Assembly: GCA_964359075.1 (NCBI GenBank)
Contig: CAYHRX010000001.1
Coordinates: 1-27,467 of the forward strand
Reading direction: 5' to 3'
DNA length: 27,467 nt
From: an uncultured Chitinophagales bacterium
GTDB lineage: Bacteria > Bacteroidota > Ignavibacteria > UBA10030 > UBA6906
The position numbers and the translations under genes were made by a program. The number at the start of each line of letters is the position of its first letter. The stretch's first letter is position 1. The notes under the pieces are model-generated. The model had not been told where the DNA came from. It ran no database searches and worked only from the letters and a program-made list of their open reading frames with translations. Shown piece by piece: positions 9,201 through 14,391 of this stretch.

Positions 9201-11743
9201 TCGACTGTGAGGTTGACCAGTGTCTTGTTTGTGATCGTGTACTGAGTCAGGAAGTCCAACCCCGTGACGCGCGCCGTGCCGCTCCCGGTTAGCGTCCCCA
9301 CACCGCTCACGACGACTGCAGGATCAGGCGCCAACACGGCATTCGCATTGACAGTCAGGTTTCCTGCAACACTGAAGTTGCCACTGGCAGTAACCACAGA
9401 ACTCGTGTTCGCAAGCGTAAGATTATTGTAGTTGAAGGCAGCGACCGATTGCGATCCCGTTCCGTTGTAGCTGACCGTGCTGCCGGTAGTTGTGTAAGCG
9501 TTCGTTCCAGGAGTGAACGTCCCGGCGACACCGATGGTACCAGTTGAGGCGAGGGTTCTTGCACCGGTCGAACTACTCGTGAGGTTGTTGTAGTTAAAAG
9601 CGGGGATTGTCTCCGCACCTGTGCCATTGAAATCGATTGTGCTCCCGGTGATCGTGTACGCATTTGTTCCCGGCGTCAATGTTCCAGCGACTCCGATACT
9701 GCCTGTTGAAGCAAGTGTCCTTGCGCCAGTCGAGCTGCTCGTAAGGCTGTTGTAGTTGAAGGCAGGGATGATCTGCGCGCCAGCGCCGTTGAAGTCAACA
9801 GTATTGCCCGTCGTGCCGTAGACAATATTCGTCGCATTCGGACTGAACGCCCCGGAGATGCCCACCGTGCCTGCTGCCAACGTCACCGTTGATCCCCCTC
9901 GATCGCCACTGATGGTGAAGTTAAAATAATTCAACGCATTGACCGTTTGTGCGGCAGTCGCGTCATAATCGACGGTCAAGCTCGCCAACGTCTTAGTGGC
10001 GATATTGTACTGCGTGTTGAAATCCGGGGTCGCAGCCGTGCGCGTCACCTTCACCGTACCACTGCCAGTCAGCGTTCCCGTACTCGTCAGGGTTACTCCT
10101 GCGGCGGGCGTCAGGATTGCCCCGGCTCCAACGGTCAGCGTCGGCGTCGTGCCCGTCGAGAAGCTGATGTTCTCATTGAGGTTGAAGCCGCTTGTATTGT
10201 TAATGTTGATATCGTTGAAGGTGATCGTCGCTATCGTCGTCCCGTCTATTGACGTTGCTGCGGGAGTCGAAGGTGTATTGAAGTTGATCGTACTTGCTGT
10301 CGTAAAGGCGAACGGAGTCGCAGCACTTGTGTTCACGATCCAGTTTCCGGAGAAGGTGTGCGTCAGCGACGTCCCACCACTGAACGATGCCGAACCACTC
10401 ATCATCAGGTCGCCGTTGACGGACAAGGCCCCGCCGGCGGTCTTAATCCCGGCGTTGGAAAGCGTTAGGTTACTATATGTTGTCGCCTTGATGGTTTGCG
10501 CGCCGCCACCGTTATAGTTCACCGTGTTCGGGTTTGTCGAGGCATTGAGAGTTGTAATACCGGAGGTACCCCCGATCAAGAGAGTCGAGCCAGAGCCTTG
10601 AAGAAGTGTTCCCGTTCCACTCAATGCAGTGGCCACGGTGAGGGAGGCGTTGTTGGTCAATGTCGTGCCTGTTACGGTGACTGTCGGGATACTGAAGTCA
10701 TTGTTCACCGCGTAGGTCGTTGTGAAAGTTGCCGCTGTCAAAGACTTGGAGCTCGATGTCCCGCTCAAGGTTCCGCCGCCGCCCGACTTCTGGAACGTCC
10801 ACGTCCCCGATGTTCCTGTGATCGATCCTGTCCCGTCAATCTGCAGGTTGCCGTTCATGGTGATCGCCTCGGCGGCAGTGAAGCTCATCGTTCCGTTGTC
10901 GATCAGGAGGTTTCCGAAGGTTTTGACGCCCGTCGTGCTGGTGATGTTCATCGTTCCGGACACGGTTGTCGTGCCCGTTACGGACAGGGTGAAAGCTCCT
11001 ACAGTGAGGGTTCCCTGGGTAATCGTCAGATCTTCGTTGATAGTGGCATTGCCGCCAAGAGAGAGCGCGCCGCCCGTCTTGTTGATCTGGAGATTGGCAA
11101 ACGTGGCGGCAATCAGGGAGTTCGTCAAAGCGCCATTGATGAGCACGGTGGATCCGGCAAAGGAGGTCAGCGTTCCTCCTGTCGGCAGGGCAGCGGTCGT
11201 GAGTGTACCGGCCCCCTGGAAGAGGATCACCTTCCGAGCCGCAGCAGTCGCATCGAACGCGATGCCCCCCGTGATTGTGGCGCTTCCTGTTCCAATGACC
11301 AACCTCGAATCGCGGGAATTGTTGTTACTCGCTCCGTTGAGCGTCAACGTGCCATCCACCGTCAACGTACCGGATCCTACATCGACGTCGGCATTGTTAT
11401 TATTCGACGTCGGATTGTTGATGATCACACTACCGGTCACGTTGAGGCTGTTGCCATTCAATAGCAGTCCTCCTGTAGACGCCGCGCCGACGATAGTCAG
11501 GCTCGCGGACGTGGCAGACGCGAAATCCAACGTGACCGTGTGGTCACTGCGTATTTGCACGTTGTCGGTCGCCGAAGGCGCGGTTGCTGCCGCAGCGCCA
11601 CCAAAGCCGACAGTGGACCAAGTGGTGTTGCTGCTCCAGTTTCCTGTCTGGCGACTATAGTACGTCGTCTGAGCCTGCAGACTTTGCGCAACAGTCAGCA
11701 CAAGAAGCGCCAGCGAAGACACTATGTTTCGTAATCGAAACAT
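299..11743 (-). CDS. Giant (3814 aa) secreted Thr/Gly/Asn/Ser-rich, beta-strand-repeat surface protein, likely adhesin
   Basis: Uninterrupted 11.4-kb ORF with an SPI-type signal peptide (MFRLRNIVSSLALLVLTVAQSLQA/Q). Five modules each start with a Trp-rich motif (e.g. TWDGGAGTNNWGDALNWSPDGVP). Four copies of a ~140-aa domain (GHVVGNL.KYV...NRYWTL...GDFQVGE), a motif style I associate with large Bacteroidota surface proteins. Many 54-56-aa internal repeats. No T9SS CTD, autotransporter barrel or other anchor at the C-terminus (...NDGTITVN*). Confidence 0.9.
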   Translation of the reverse strand: MFRLRNIVSSLALLVLTVAQSLQAQTTYYSRQTGNWSSNTTWSTVGFGGAAAATAPSATDNVQIRSDHTVTLDFASATSASLTIVGAASTGGLLLNGNSLNVTGSVIINNPTSNNNNADVDVGSGTLTVDGTLTLNGASNNNSRDSRLVIGTGSATITGGIAFDATAAARKVILFQGAGTLTTAALPTGGTLTSFAGSTVLINGALTNSLIAATFANLQINKTGGALSLGGNATINEDLTITQGTLTVGAFTLSVTGTTTVSGTMNITSTTGVKTFGNLLIDNGTMSFTAAEAITMNGNLQIDGTGSITGTSGTWTFQKSGGGGTLSGTSSSKSLTAATFTTTYAVNNDFSIPTVTVTGTTLTNNASLTVATALSGTGTLLQGSGSTLLIGGTSGITTLNASTNPNTVNYNGGGAQTIKATTYSNLTLSNAGIKTAGGALSVNGDLMMSGSASFSGGTSLTHTFSGNWIVNTSAATPFAFTTASTINFNTPSTPAATSIDGTTIATITFNDININNTSGFNLNENISFSTGTTPTLTVGAGAILTPAAGVTLTSTGTLTGSGTVKVTRTAATPDFNTQYNIATKTLASLTVDYDATAAQTVNALNYFNFTISGDRGGSTVTLAAGTVGISGAFSPNATNIVYGTTGNTVDFNGAGAQIIPAFNYNSLTSSSTGARTLASTGSIGVAGTLTPGTNAYTITGSTIDFNGTGAETIPAFNYNNLTSSSTGARTLASTGTIGVAGTFTPGTNAYTTTGSTVSYNGTGSQSVAAFNYNNLTLANTSSVVTASGNFSVAGNLTVNANAVLAPDPAVVVSGVGTLTGSGTARVTGLDFLTQYTITNKTLVNLTVDYNSTGAQSVNALNYGSLAISGARGANNVSFPNGGTVRVAGAFNPAATFTSGGYITANNTFVYNGSAPQTAPAFRHAYLTLTNASGVSMGGNVTVDSTLTLTSGTFTVGANTLTLNGRPIAGTSTNLSAGATSNLVYNSSYAGTFIPSSVSTLNNLTVSVQPGSNKVTHSGALTINGTLTLADGIFDNMPATPDTLFVNSTGTVVRVNGRIRGALRQYVPTGSPTIYYPVGGNDLLTPAEIQFNNVTVAGYVTLRMVFGDHPQIATSGIDPNKSENRHHIFKPNGVTFTSYNVRLGFGGTLGDMDAGATPANFIVRRYDGSNWFATSVGARTDTSTTATSLTQFGQFQVGEQLVKTWDEGAATNNWGDAANWNPDGIPTSLEDVSLTGANTININVPASANSITLNNSGLTVTILSGNSLTAAGNLTIASGTLNTETSFPTVGGTVTLSGGTVGYTASSGSQTVAAQPYASLTISGGGTKTLAGNITPTGDLTISGGTFDLGSFTPNRASAGGTLTLADGATLRIGSTNTRPSNYNAHSIGSTSTIEYYGSSQLVGALNSSQSYGHLTLSGSGTKTFPSGTTGIAGDLTVSGVTVDATSNSSTVDFKRSGNQGIPALDYYNLAFSNAGTKTFATGTTRISGAFTFNGAASADATTNATTIEYNGIALQTARAFTYRNLTINNASGVSIPSSITVNGTLTLTSGNITTGSNTLTIGLAGSVSRTSGHVVGNLAKYVSGSALTPTFEIGDASNYTPVSISFGSVSVAGYLTASTTAGDHFQIVTSGIDGTKSVNRYWTLVNSGISFTTYDVILNFVSGDIDGGANTSNFIVDRYNGSSWALPTVGTRTATSTQATGLTGFGDFQVGEPATAVVKTWDGGAGTNNWGDALNWSPDGVPNSSENVNLNGANTININVAAVCNSLTLNNSGLTLTILTGNSLTVSGNLTLTNGTLNTQTSFPAVTGTVNITGGTVGYMAASGSQTVAVRNYFSLTLSNGATKTFAAGTTGIAGNFTVSGGSVDATSNSTTIDFNGSGTQAVASINYHNLIFSNGGTKTFASGAIGIANNFTVTGGTANATSNSTTIDFNGSGGQSVPAIDYYNLTFSNGGTKTFASGTAGIAGNFTITGGTANATANSTTINYNGTGSQSVAVIDYHHLTFSNGGTRTFGSGTTRIAGNFAVTGGTTDATTNTTTIDFNGTGNQAIAAINYYNLVVSSNGGTKTFAVGTTGVAGNFTVTAGTINATSNSTTIDFNGAGTQSVAAINYYNLTFSNGGTKTFASGTTGIAGNFTVSGGTANATANSTTIEFNGTSSQSVAAINYYHLATSNSGAKTLASGTTTIAGNFTVTGGTVNGTANATTVDFNAAVGTQAVAAINYYNLTFSSGGTKRFSSGTSRIAGAFTISGATADATTNTPTIEYNGSSAQVVRALTYHNLTINNASGVSLAGNVPVNGVLALNTGTIATGANKITITTTASVSRTSGHVIGNFEKYVPTIGPTRTFEVGDATAYTPVTVAFASVSTANYLTVTTSSGDHLQIGSATIDPTKTANRTWTLTNSGIVFTNYSVTFTFVAGDLDLGANPNNFIVGRYSAGWTYPTVGTKTATSTQATGLTAFGDFQLGEQAGTTKTWVGLAGDLNWETAINWNPGTVPIATDNVSLTVDSTITINSAAVCNSITLNSANLELRITVGNSLTASGTFTILNGKLNTQAAFPTVSGSVSLGGGAVEYSVSGAQTISAQTYNKLTLSGSGTKTAAGNVTVNDSLQVLGTAVFHAGTSRTHIVKGHWVINSTSPTPFTYTTSSTLNFNTPTSPAARSLGGTTASTIGFNVVNINNTSGFNANLNMSASGNLTVAVNVVFTPAALAIISGAGTLTGNGTVQVTRTAATADFNSQWTITNKTLTNLTVEYSTAGQVLSNLTYGGLKVSGSITGAGNTAAVGGAFTVTGTFTPTSGTITMNNGSSIVNSGGTLAFSNLTIANSATVTTSSSFGVGGTLTNGTGSTFNPTGGTITMTGTGWGITNSGTLLSFNGLTVATTPTVQPSASFSVKGALTVNSGVTFNPSGGTITMTGTGWGITNSGTLLSFNGLTVATTPTVQPSASFSVKGTLTVNIGATMSPSSGTVTMENGSSIANSGTMTFNALTIANSATVTASGAITVATTLTIGSGSTFTPAGTVTVNGNVSNAGSQTGSGSILLSGGLSAHTLSGGGSLTNLQLNDSQGATLSSNVTIDGTLTLTSGKITTGSNTLAISSTGSVSRTSGHVVGNLSKYVATGAPVAQSFEIGDVSSYTPVSVTFASVTTAGTLTAKTTSGDHSNIATSNIDPNSTANRYWTLSNTGIVFTTYDVTFTFVSGDVDLGSDPLQFVVGAFTGSWSYPTVGTRTATTTQATGVTIFGDFQLGQQFGGTYTSTGAGGNWNSISTWGGGQVPGLNADVVIATGTTVTIDVSTANLRSMTIQTGGILNGGGSFTLSFGADGGTDFDNSGTFTANNVTVRLNKNSQWAGSGTFNVKNIDFNSKTLTLAFSSANTIYLSGTGDPIINPGTLVPRTNSTIEYNGTSGQSISSSSTVNFHHLRITNSSVVTLQKSLTASNLTGNLTITSGGILNTSSGSTAFQITGTLGSILTVGANSTLNVGGAGVAASSFPTGFTTTSLDPASTVQYSNSSSASQTVSDSPSYGSILFSGSGTKSLGAGGFTISGDWTNNSTGGSLNTGTSTVTLTGTAKAIGGSATTIFATLNVNGSYTNNGTNTVNAGLGGSGTLTLAASATLNIGFTGSIGLSNLVASASGNTVNYQYSGSQTVKAMNYTNLTLSGSGTKTLSSGTTGVSGTLVVSAVTVDATTNSSTVDFNGGGNQTAAATTYYNLTFSNAGTKFFPSGTTYLAGSLAVTGSASADATTNLSTIEFNGTGAQSVAGITYYSLTFTNAGLKTIGAPTIVNAGILVNAGANVLVTSTLQVTGDLINDGIFTNDGTITVN
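2907..3214 (-). repeat. Tandem 168-nt (56-aa) coding repeat, two near-identical copies
   Basis: 2907-3046 vs 3075-3214 differ at 8 of 140 positions by manual comparison. Peptide GGTITMTGTGWGITNSGTLLSFNGLTVATTPTVQPSASFSVKG is identical in both, and more diverged units flank them. Confidence 0.9.
4930..6260 (-). repeat. Array of about eight ~165-nt (55-aa) coding repeats
   Basis: Consensus NAT.NSTTIDFNG.G.Q.VA.INYYNLTFSNGGTKTFASGT.GIAGNFT.TGGT; the DNA motif tcttcgtccc recurs at 5881 and 6046 (165-nt offset). Further copies lie near 520-830 and 7300-7500. Confidence 0.85.
9470..9800 (-). repeat. Tandem 162-nt (54-aa) coding repeat, two copies plus a partial
   Basis: DFNG.GA..IPAFNYN.LTSSSTGARTLASTG.IGVAGT.TPGTNAYT.TGST occurs twice; DNA offset 162 (tgtagtt at 9589 and 9751). 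Confidence 0.8.
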
Positions 11744-11799
11744 TATCGCGCGCTGAGCATCCTGCAGATGAACGATATGTGGTGTGTGTTAATCACGAA

Positions 11800-11815
11800 T
11801 TGAGAACATGTGCCA
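11800..11815 (-). promoter_or_regulatory. Possible sigma54-type promoter for the giant gene (good -24 box, poor -12 box)
   Basis: Minus strand TGGCAC-ATGTT-CTCAA, with the same CTGGCACA -24 block as the two major pilin promoters. A palindromic site lies about 65 nt upstream, as at those promoters. Confidence 0.35.
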
Positions 11816-11872
11816 GTTTCTTAGGGATGTACATTCGCTTGCTTTGACCCTCAAGATCGTCAAGTGTGCAAT

Positions 11873-11885
11873 CCTCACGCTGAGA
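11873..11885. promoter_or_regulatory. Putative enhancer (activator-binding) palindrome
   Basis: CCTCA-CGC-TGAGA, a near-perfect match to the locus motif TCTCA-N3-TGAGA. Confidence 0.45.
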
Positions 11886-11890
11886 TAGTT

Positions 11891-12295
11891 TCACGCGACT
11901 CGAACTCCAGCCGCCACGTGCTCCCGTCCAGAAAATTCGTCATACAGGAACGCAAGGAGTTCGTGCTTCAACGAGTACTTGTCAATAAAACCATCGGCCG
12001 AGTGTTGCCAGGCCATGCTGCGATAGAGGCTGCTTCCGTTCATCGAGAGAATGACCACCTTCGTGCCCGGCAAACGAAGCTTGATCTCCCGTGTCGCACT
12101 GAAGCCGTCTCGCCCTGGCATATCCAGATCCATCAGCACAAGATCCGGATGAAGCTTTTCTGCCTGGTCGATCGCTTCGACACCGTCAGCAGCTTCACCG
12201 ACGATTTCAACGCCCGGCTGGGCCCGGAGAAACGAAAGAAGTGAGCGCCGAAAACTCTCGTGATCGTCAGCGACCAGAACTCTGATTGATTTCAT
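11891..12295 (-). CDS. Stand-alone response regulator receiver protein (NarL-type REC, no output domain)
   Basis: VLVADDH acidic pocket, PDLVLMDLDMPGRDG with phosphoacceptor Asp, GFIDK with conserved Lys; 134 aa; SD GGAGAG upstream. Confidence 0.92.
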   Translation of the reverse strand: MKSIRVLVADDHESFRRSLLSFLRAQPGVEIVGEAADGVEAIDQAEKLHPDLVLMDLDMPGRDGFSATREIKLRLPGTKVVILSMNGSSLYRSMAWQHSADGFIDKYSLKHELLAFLYDEFSGREHVAAGVRVA

Positions 12296-12339
12296 GATGT
12301 AACTCTCCTTAAGTGTTGAGGTAAGTGAATTGTCAAATC

Positions 12340-12759
12340 TCAGGAATTCCCAGACCGCGCTACACCGTTGGACGCGTACACGGCGGCCAGGAGAAGGGAT
12401 CCTTCACCGAACGTCGCTTCAAGACCCGGTTTCAAATCGGATTTCGCGATAAATCCATCCGCGCGTACCTCCTGAGCCCGCAAGCGGTAGGCTGCGTCGT
12501 CATTCATCGTCGCGATGACGACGACTTTGGAGGGCCAGCGTTGCTTGATGATGCGCGTCGCCTCCAACCCATTTCGATGGGGCATCGCGATGTCCATCAA
12601 CACAATATCGGGATTGAGCTGCTCCATCTTCTCGATGACATCAACCCCATCGATCGCTTCGCCCACCACGGAGACGTTGGGCATTCTGCTCAGGAATTCG
12701 CGAACGATTCTCCGGAAGTCGTTGTGATCATCCGCGATAAGGATCTTGACAGGCTCCAT
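12340..12759 (-). CDS. Stand-alone response regulator receiver protein (NarL-type REC, no output domain)
   Basis: ILIADDH, PDIVLMDIAMPHRNG, GFIAK; 139 aa; SD GAGGAG upstream; paralogue of the adjacent receiver. Confidence 0.92.
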   Translation of the reverse strand: MEPVKILIADDHNDFRRIVREFLSRMPNVSVVGEAIDGVDVIEKMEQLNPDIVLMDIAMPHRNGLEATRIIKQRWPSKVVVIATMNDDAAYRLRAQEVRADGFIAKSDLKPGLEATFGEGSLLLAAVYASNGVARSGNS

Positions 12760-12880
12760 GGTGATCTCCTCAGGAAATGCTTGAATGGAATTCCACTGGC
12801 ATCAAAATTCACACAAAAGGGCACGATCCACCATAGGATCAGCACCGTAATTTCAAAAATACGTGGTCGTACGGATGCGG

Positions 12881-12898
12881 CTACGGTCTGCACCGTAG
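12881..12898. promoter_or_regulatory. Perfect 7-bp inverted repeat upstream of the receiver pair (operator or small hairpin)
   Basis: CTACGGT-ctgc-ACCGTAG in the intergenic region; function unknown. Confidence 0.25.
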
Positions 12899-13124
12899 AC
12901 AAAGTGAGATCGGAGGTTAGATTATTGACGAATAGTGGCGTGAAGACAAAAAGTGGCGAGCGGGAAAGGGGAAAGCGATACCGCGGACGTTTTGGGAGAC
13001 GCGTAACGTCCGTCGCTACTCAACGAAGGGGGATAATTAACTGGATCAAAACTGGCTCGGGGGTGTAGACGAGCCGAAGGATATCAGAAGGTGAAAGACG
13101 CGAGGAAGGAAGAGAGTGGAAAAG

Positions 13125-13502
13125 TTAGTCCGAGACTGTCACGACAACTGCGCTCGAGACATGCTGTCGTTCAGCGTAACGTTTGCCAGTGTCTGCGCCG
13201 GCGGCGGAAGTTGAAGCGTCAAGTTCGAAGCTGAGATTCCGTTGGCGAGGTAAGTCTGCTGCGAGGGTAAGCTTTGGTTGCGATCGATACGCGCGGGTTT
13301 GTGCTGTGGACGCCGATCGTTCGCTCATCTGATCCACATTCTGTGATGCAGACGATTGGGAAGCCAGAGAGATCGGTCCATTCGTTCTGTGGACACTGAA
13401 CGTGACTGTCTGAGCTGCAGAACTTGATCGTTGCGCAAACGCCTGGCCTGCACACATCCCACACACAGCAACGAGAGCTACGATATGTCCGAGTGGTTTC
13501 AC
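13125..13502 (-). CDS. Small secreted protein, degenerate relative of the pilin-like family
   Basis: Signal peptide ending GQAFA/Q; N-terminal AAQTVTFSV like ANQTVTLAV of the major subunit; C-terminal VVVTVSD like TVTLTLTN; Ser/Ala/Gln-rich middle. GTG start without a clear SD. Confidence 0.6.
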   Translation of the reverse strand: MKPLGHIVALVAVCGMCAGQAFAQRSSSAAQTVTFSVHRTNGPISLASQSSASQNVDQMSERSASTAQTRAYRSQPKLTLAADLPRQRNLSFELDASTSAAGADTGKRYAERQHVSSAVVVTVSD

Positions 13503-13517
13503 AGGAGATGTCTACTT

Positions 13518-14009
13518 TTATTCCGTTAGCGTCAGCGTAATCACCCGAGACTGTGCATCAATCTCATTGACACTCTCGTTTGCCGCGAAGGTGTAGGTGA
13601 TGCTCTGATTCAAGACGCTCCCGCGGTTAATCCCTGTCACGACATTGATCGGTGTGCGAGCGCGCGAGATATCAACAGGACCGTTGCTGACACCTTGCGA
13701 ACTCTCGAGCTTGATCACAAGCTGGGTCCCTTCGGGCATCACATCGCTGATCGAAGCAACGATCTTCATGTTGTCGAGATTCGTGAGCATGCTGTAGCGC
13801 GTGTTATTGTCACTCACGGACAAGACGTTCGGGTCACCCAATAGACCGTTGATGGTCAGTTCGCCAGGATTACCGTTGACTGCAATTTTCGTGATCGGTT
13901 TGACTTCAACAGTCACGATCTGAACGACACTGGCGCCGCTCTGTGCCACCAGTTGAAGGGGAACGAGTAGGAGTAAAAGAAGGATGAGTTTGTGAACTGC
14001 CTTAGCCAT
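13518..14009 (-). CDS. Secreted pilin-like subunit, clear paralogue of the duplicated major subunit (ORF can extend to 14051)
   Basis: Signal peptide MAKAVHKLILLLLLLVPLQLVA/Q; shares AV.GNPG.LT, SVSDN.T.YS, G.VDIS, VVTG.NRG, ITYTF.AN.S and TLTLT motifs with 20035..20535. Confidence 0.85.
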   Translation of the reverse strand: MAKAVHKLILLLLLLVPLQLVAQSGASVVQIVTVEVKPITKIAVNGNPGELTINGLLGDPNVLSVSDNNTRYSMLTNLDNMKIVASISDVMPEGTQLVIKLESSQGVSNGPVDISRARTPINVVTGINRGSVLNQSITYTFAANESVNEIDAQSRVITLTLTE

Positions 14010-14095
14010 TGTCTTGAAGAAGTAAGCAAAACAAACGATGAATGTCAACATGTTTCACGATTTTCGACGCAGAATGTTCGACCTCCAGACATAGC

Positions 14096-14111
14096 ATCAA
14101 GAGGAATGCCA
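14096..14111 (-). promoter_or_regulatory. Putative sigma54-type promoter (-24/-12)
   Basis: Minus strand TGGCAT-TCCTC-TTGAT; GG and -12 box at sigma54 spacing; intergenic and upstream of the 13518..14009 gene. Confidence 0.6.
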
Positions 14112-14139
14112 AAACGCTGACGTTTTCAATTTTGTGTGT

Positions 14140-14152
14140 TCTCGTTTTGAGT
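14140..14152. promoter_or_regulatory. Putative enhancer palindrome (single site)
   Basis: TCTCG-TTT-TGAGT, about 36 nt upstream of the -24 box, closer than at the other promoters. Confidence 0.35.
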
Positions 14153-14391
14153 CAGCGCATGCAAGGCTGTTGAGGTCAACGCTTTCACTGTCCATTTCGG
14201 ATGACATCAGATCGATTTGAAATTTCTACAAGGAGTGGGCTTAGCTCGAGTCCATGAGTTGACATCCGAGAAGGATAAATCTCGTAAAGCGCGTGAAGCA
14301 CCGACAGATTCTTCACGAGCAGAGTAAGGAAGGATTCCAATGAGATCTCAGGGAGGCGGGAGGCAGAGATCTACACGAGAGCTCCTTGAGA

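Noticed and set aside
2907-9800. Periodic DNA repeats as a CRISPR array
   Set aside because: Units are 162-168 nt, in frame, synonymously diverged and have no repeat-spacer structure; no cas genes.
1008-11847. Many plus-strand ORFs up to 322 aa (e.g. 4091..4951, 10496..11464, 10722..11660) and short alternative-frame minus ORFs inside the giant gene
   Set aside because: Shadow frames of a Thr/Gly/Val/Ala-rich gene; no recognisable motifs, and they repeat with the period of the real protein.
12780-12795. TGGAATTCCATTCAAG on the minus strand as the promoter of the receiver pair
   Set aside because: Three mismatches to the locus consensus, and the predicted start site would fall on the SD sequence.
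12325-13068. 247-aa plus-strand ORF
   Set aside because: Antisense to a clear receiver gene and running through regulatory DNA; no protein features.
13054-13075. Hairpin ggctcg/cgagcc as a terminator after the degenerate subunit gene
   Set aside because: Only a 6-bp stem with a 10-nt loop and a short interrupted T-run; too weak to call.
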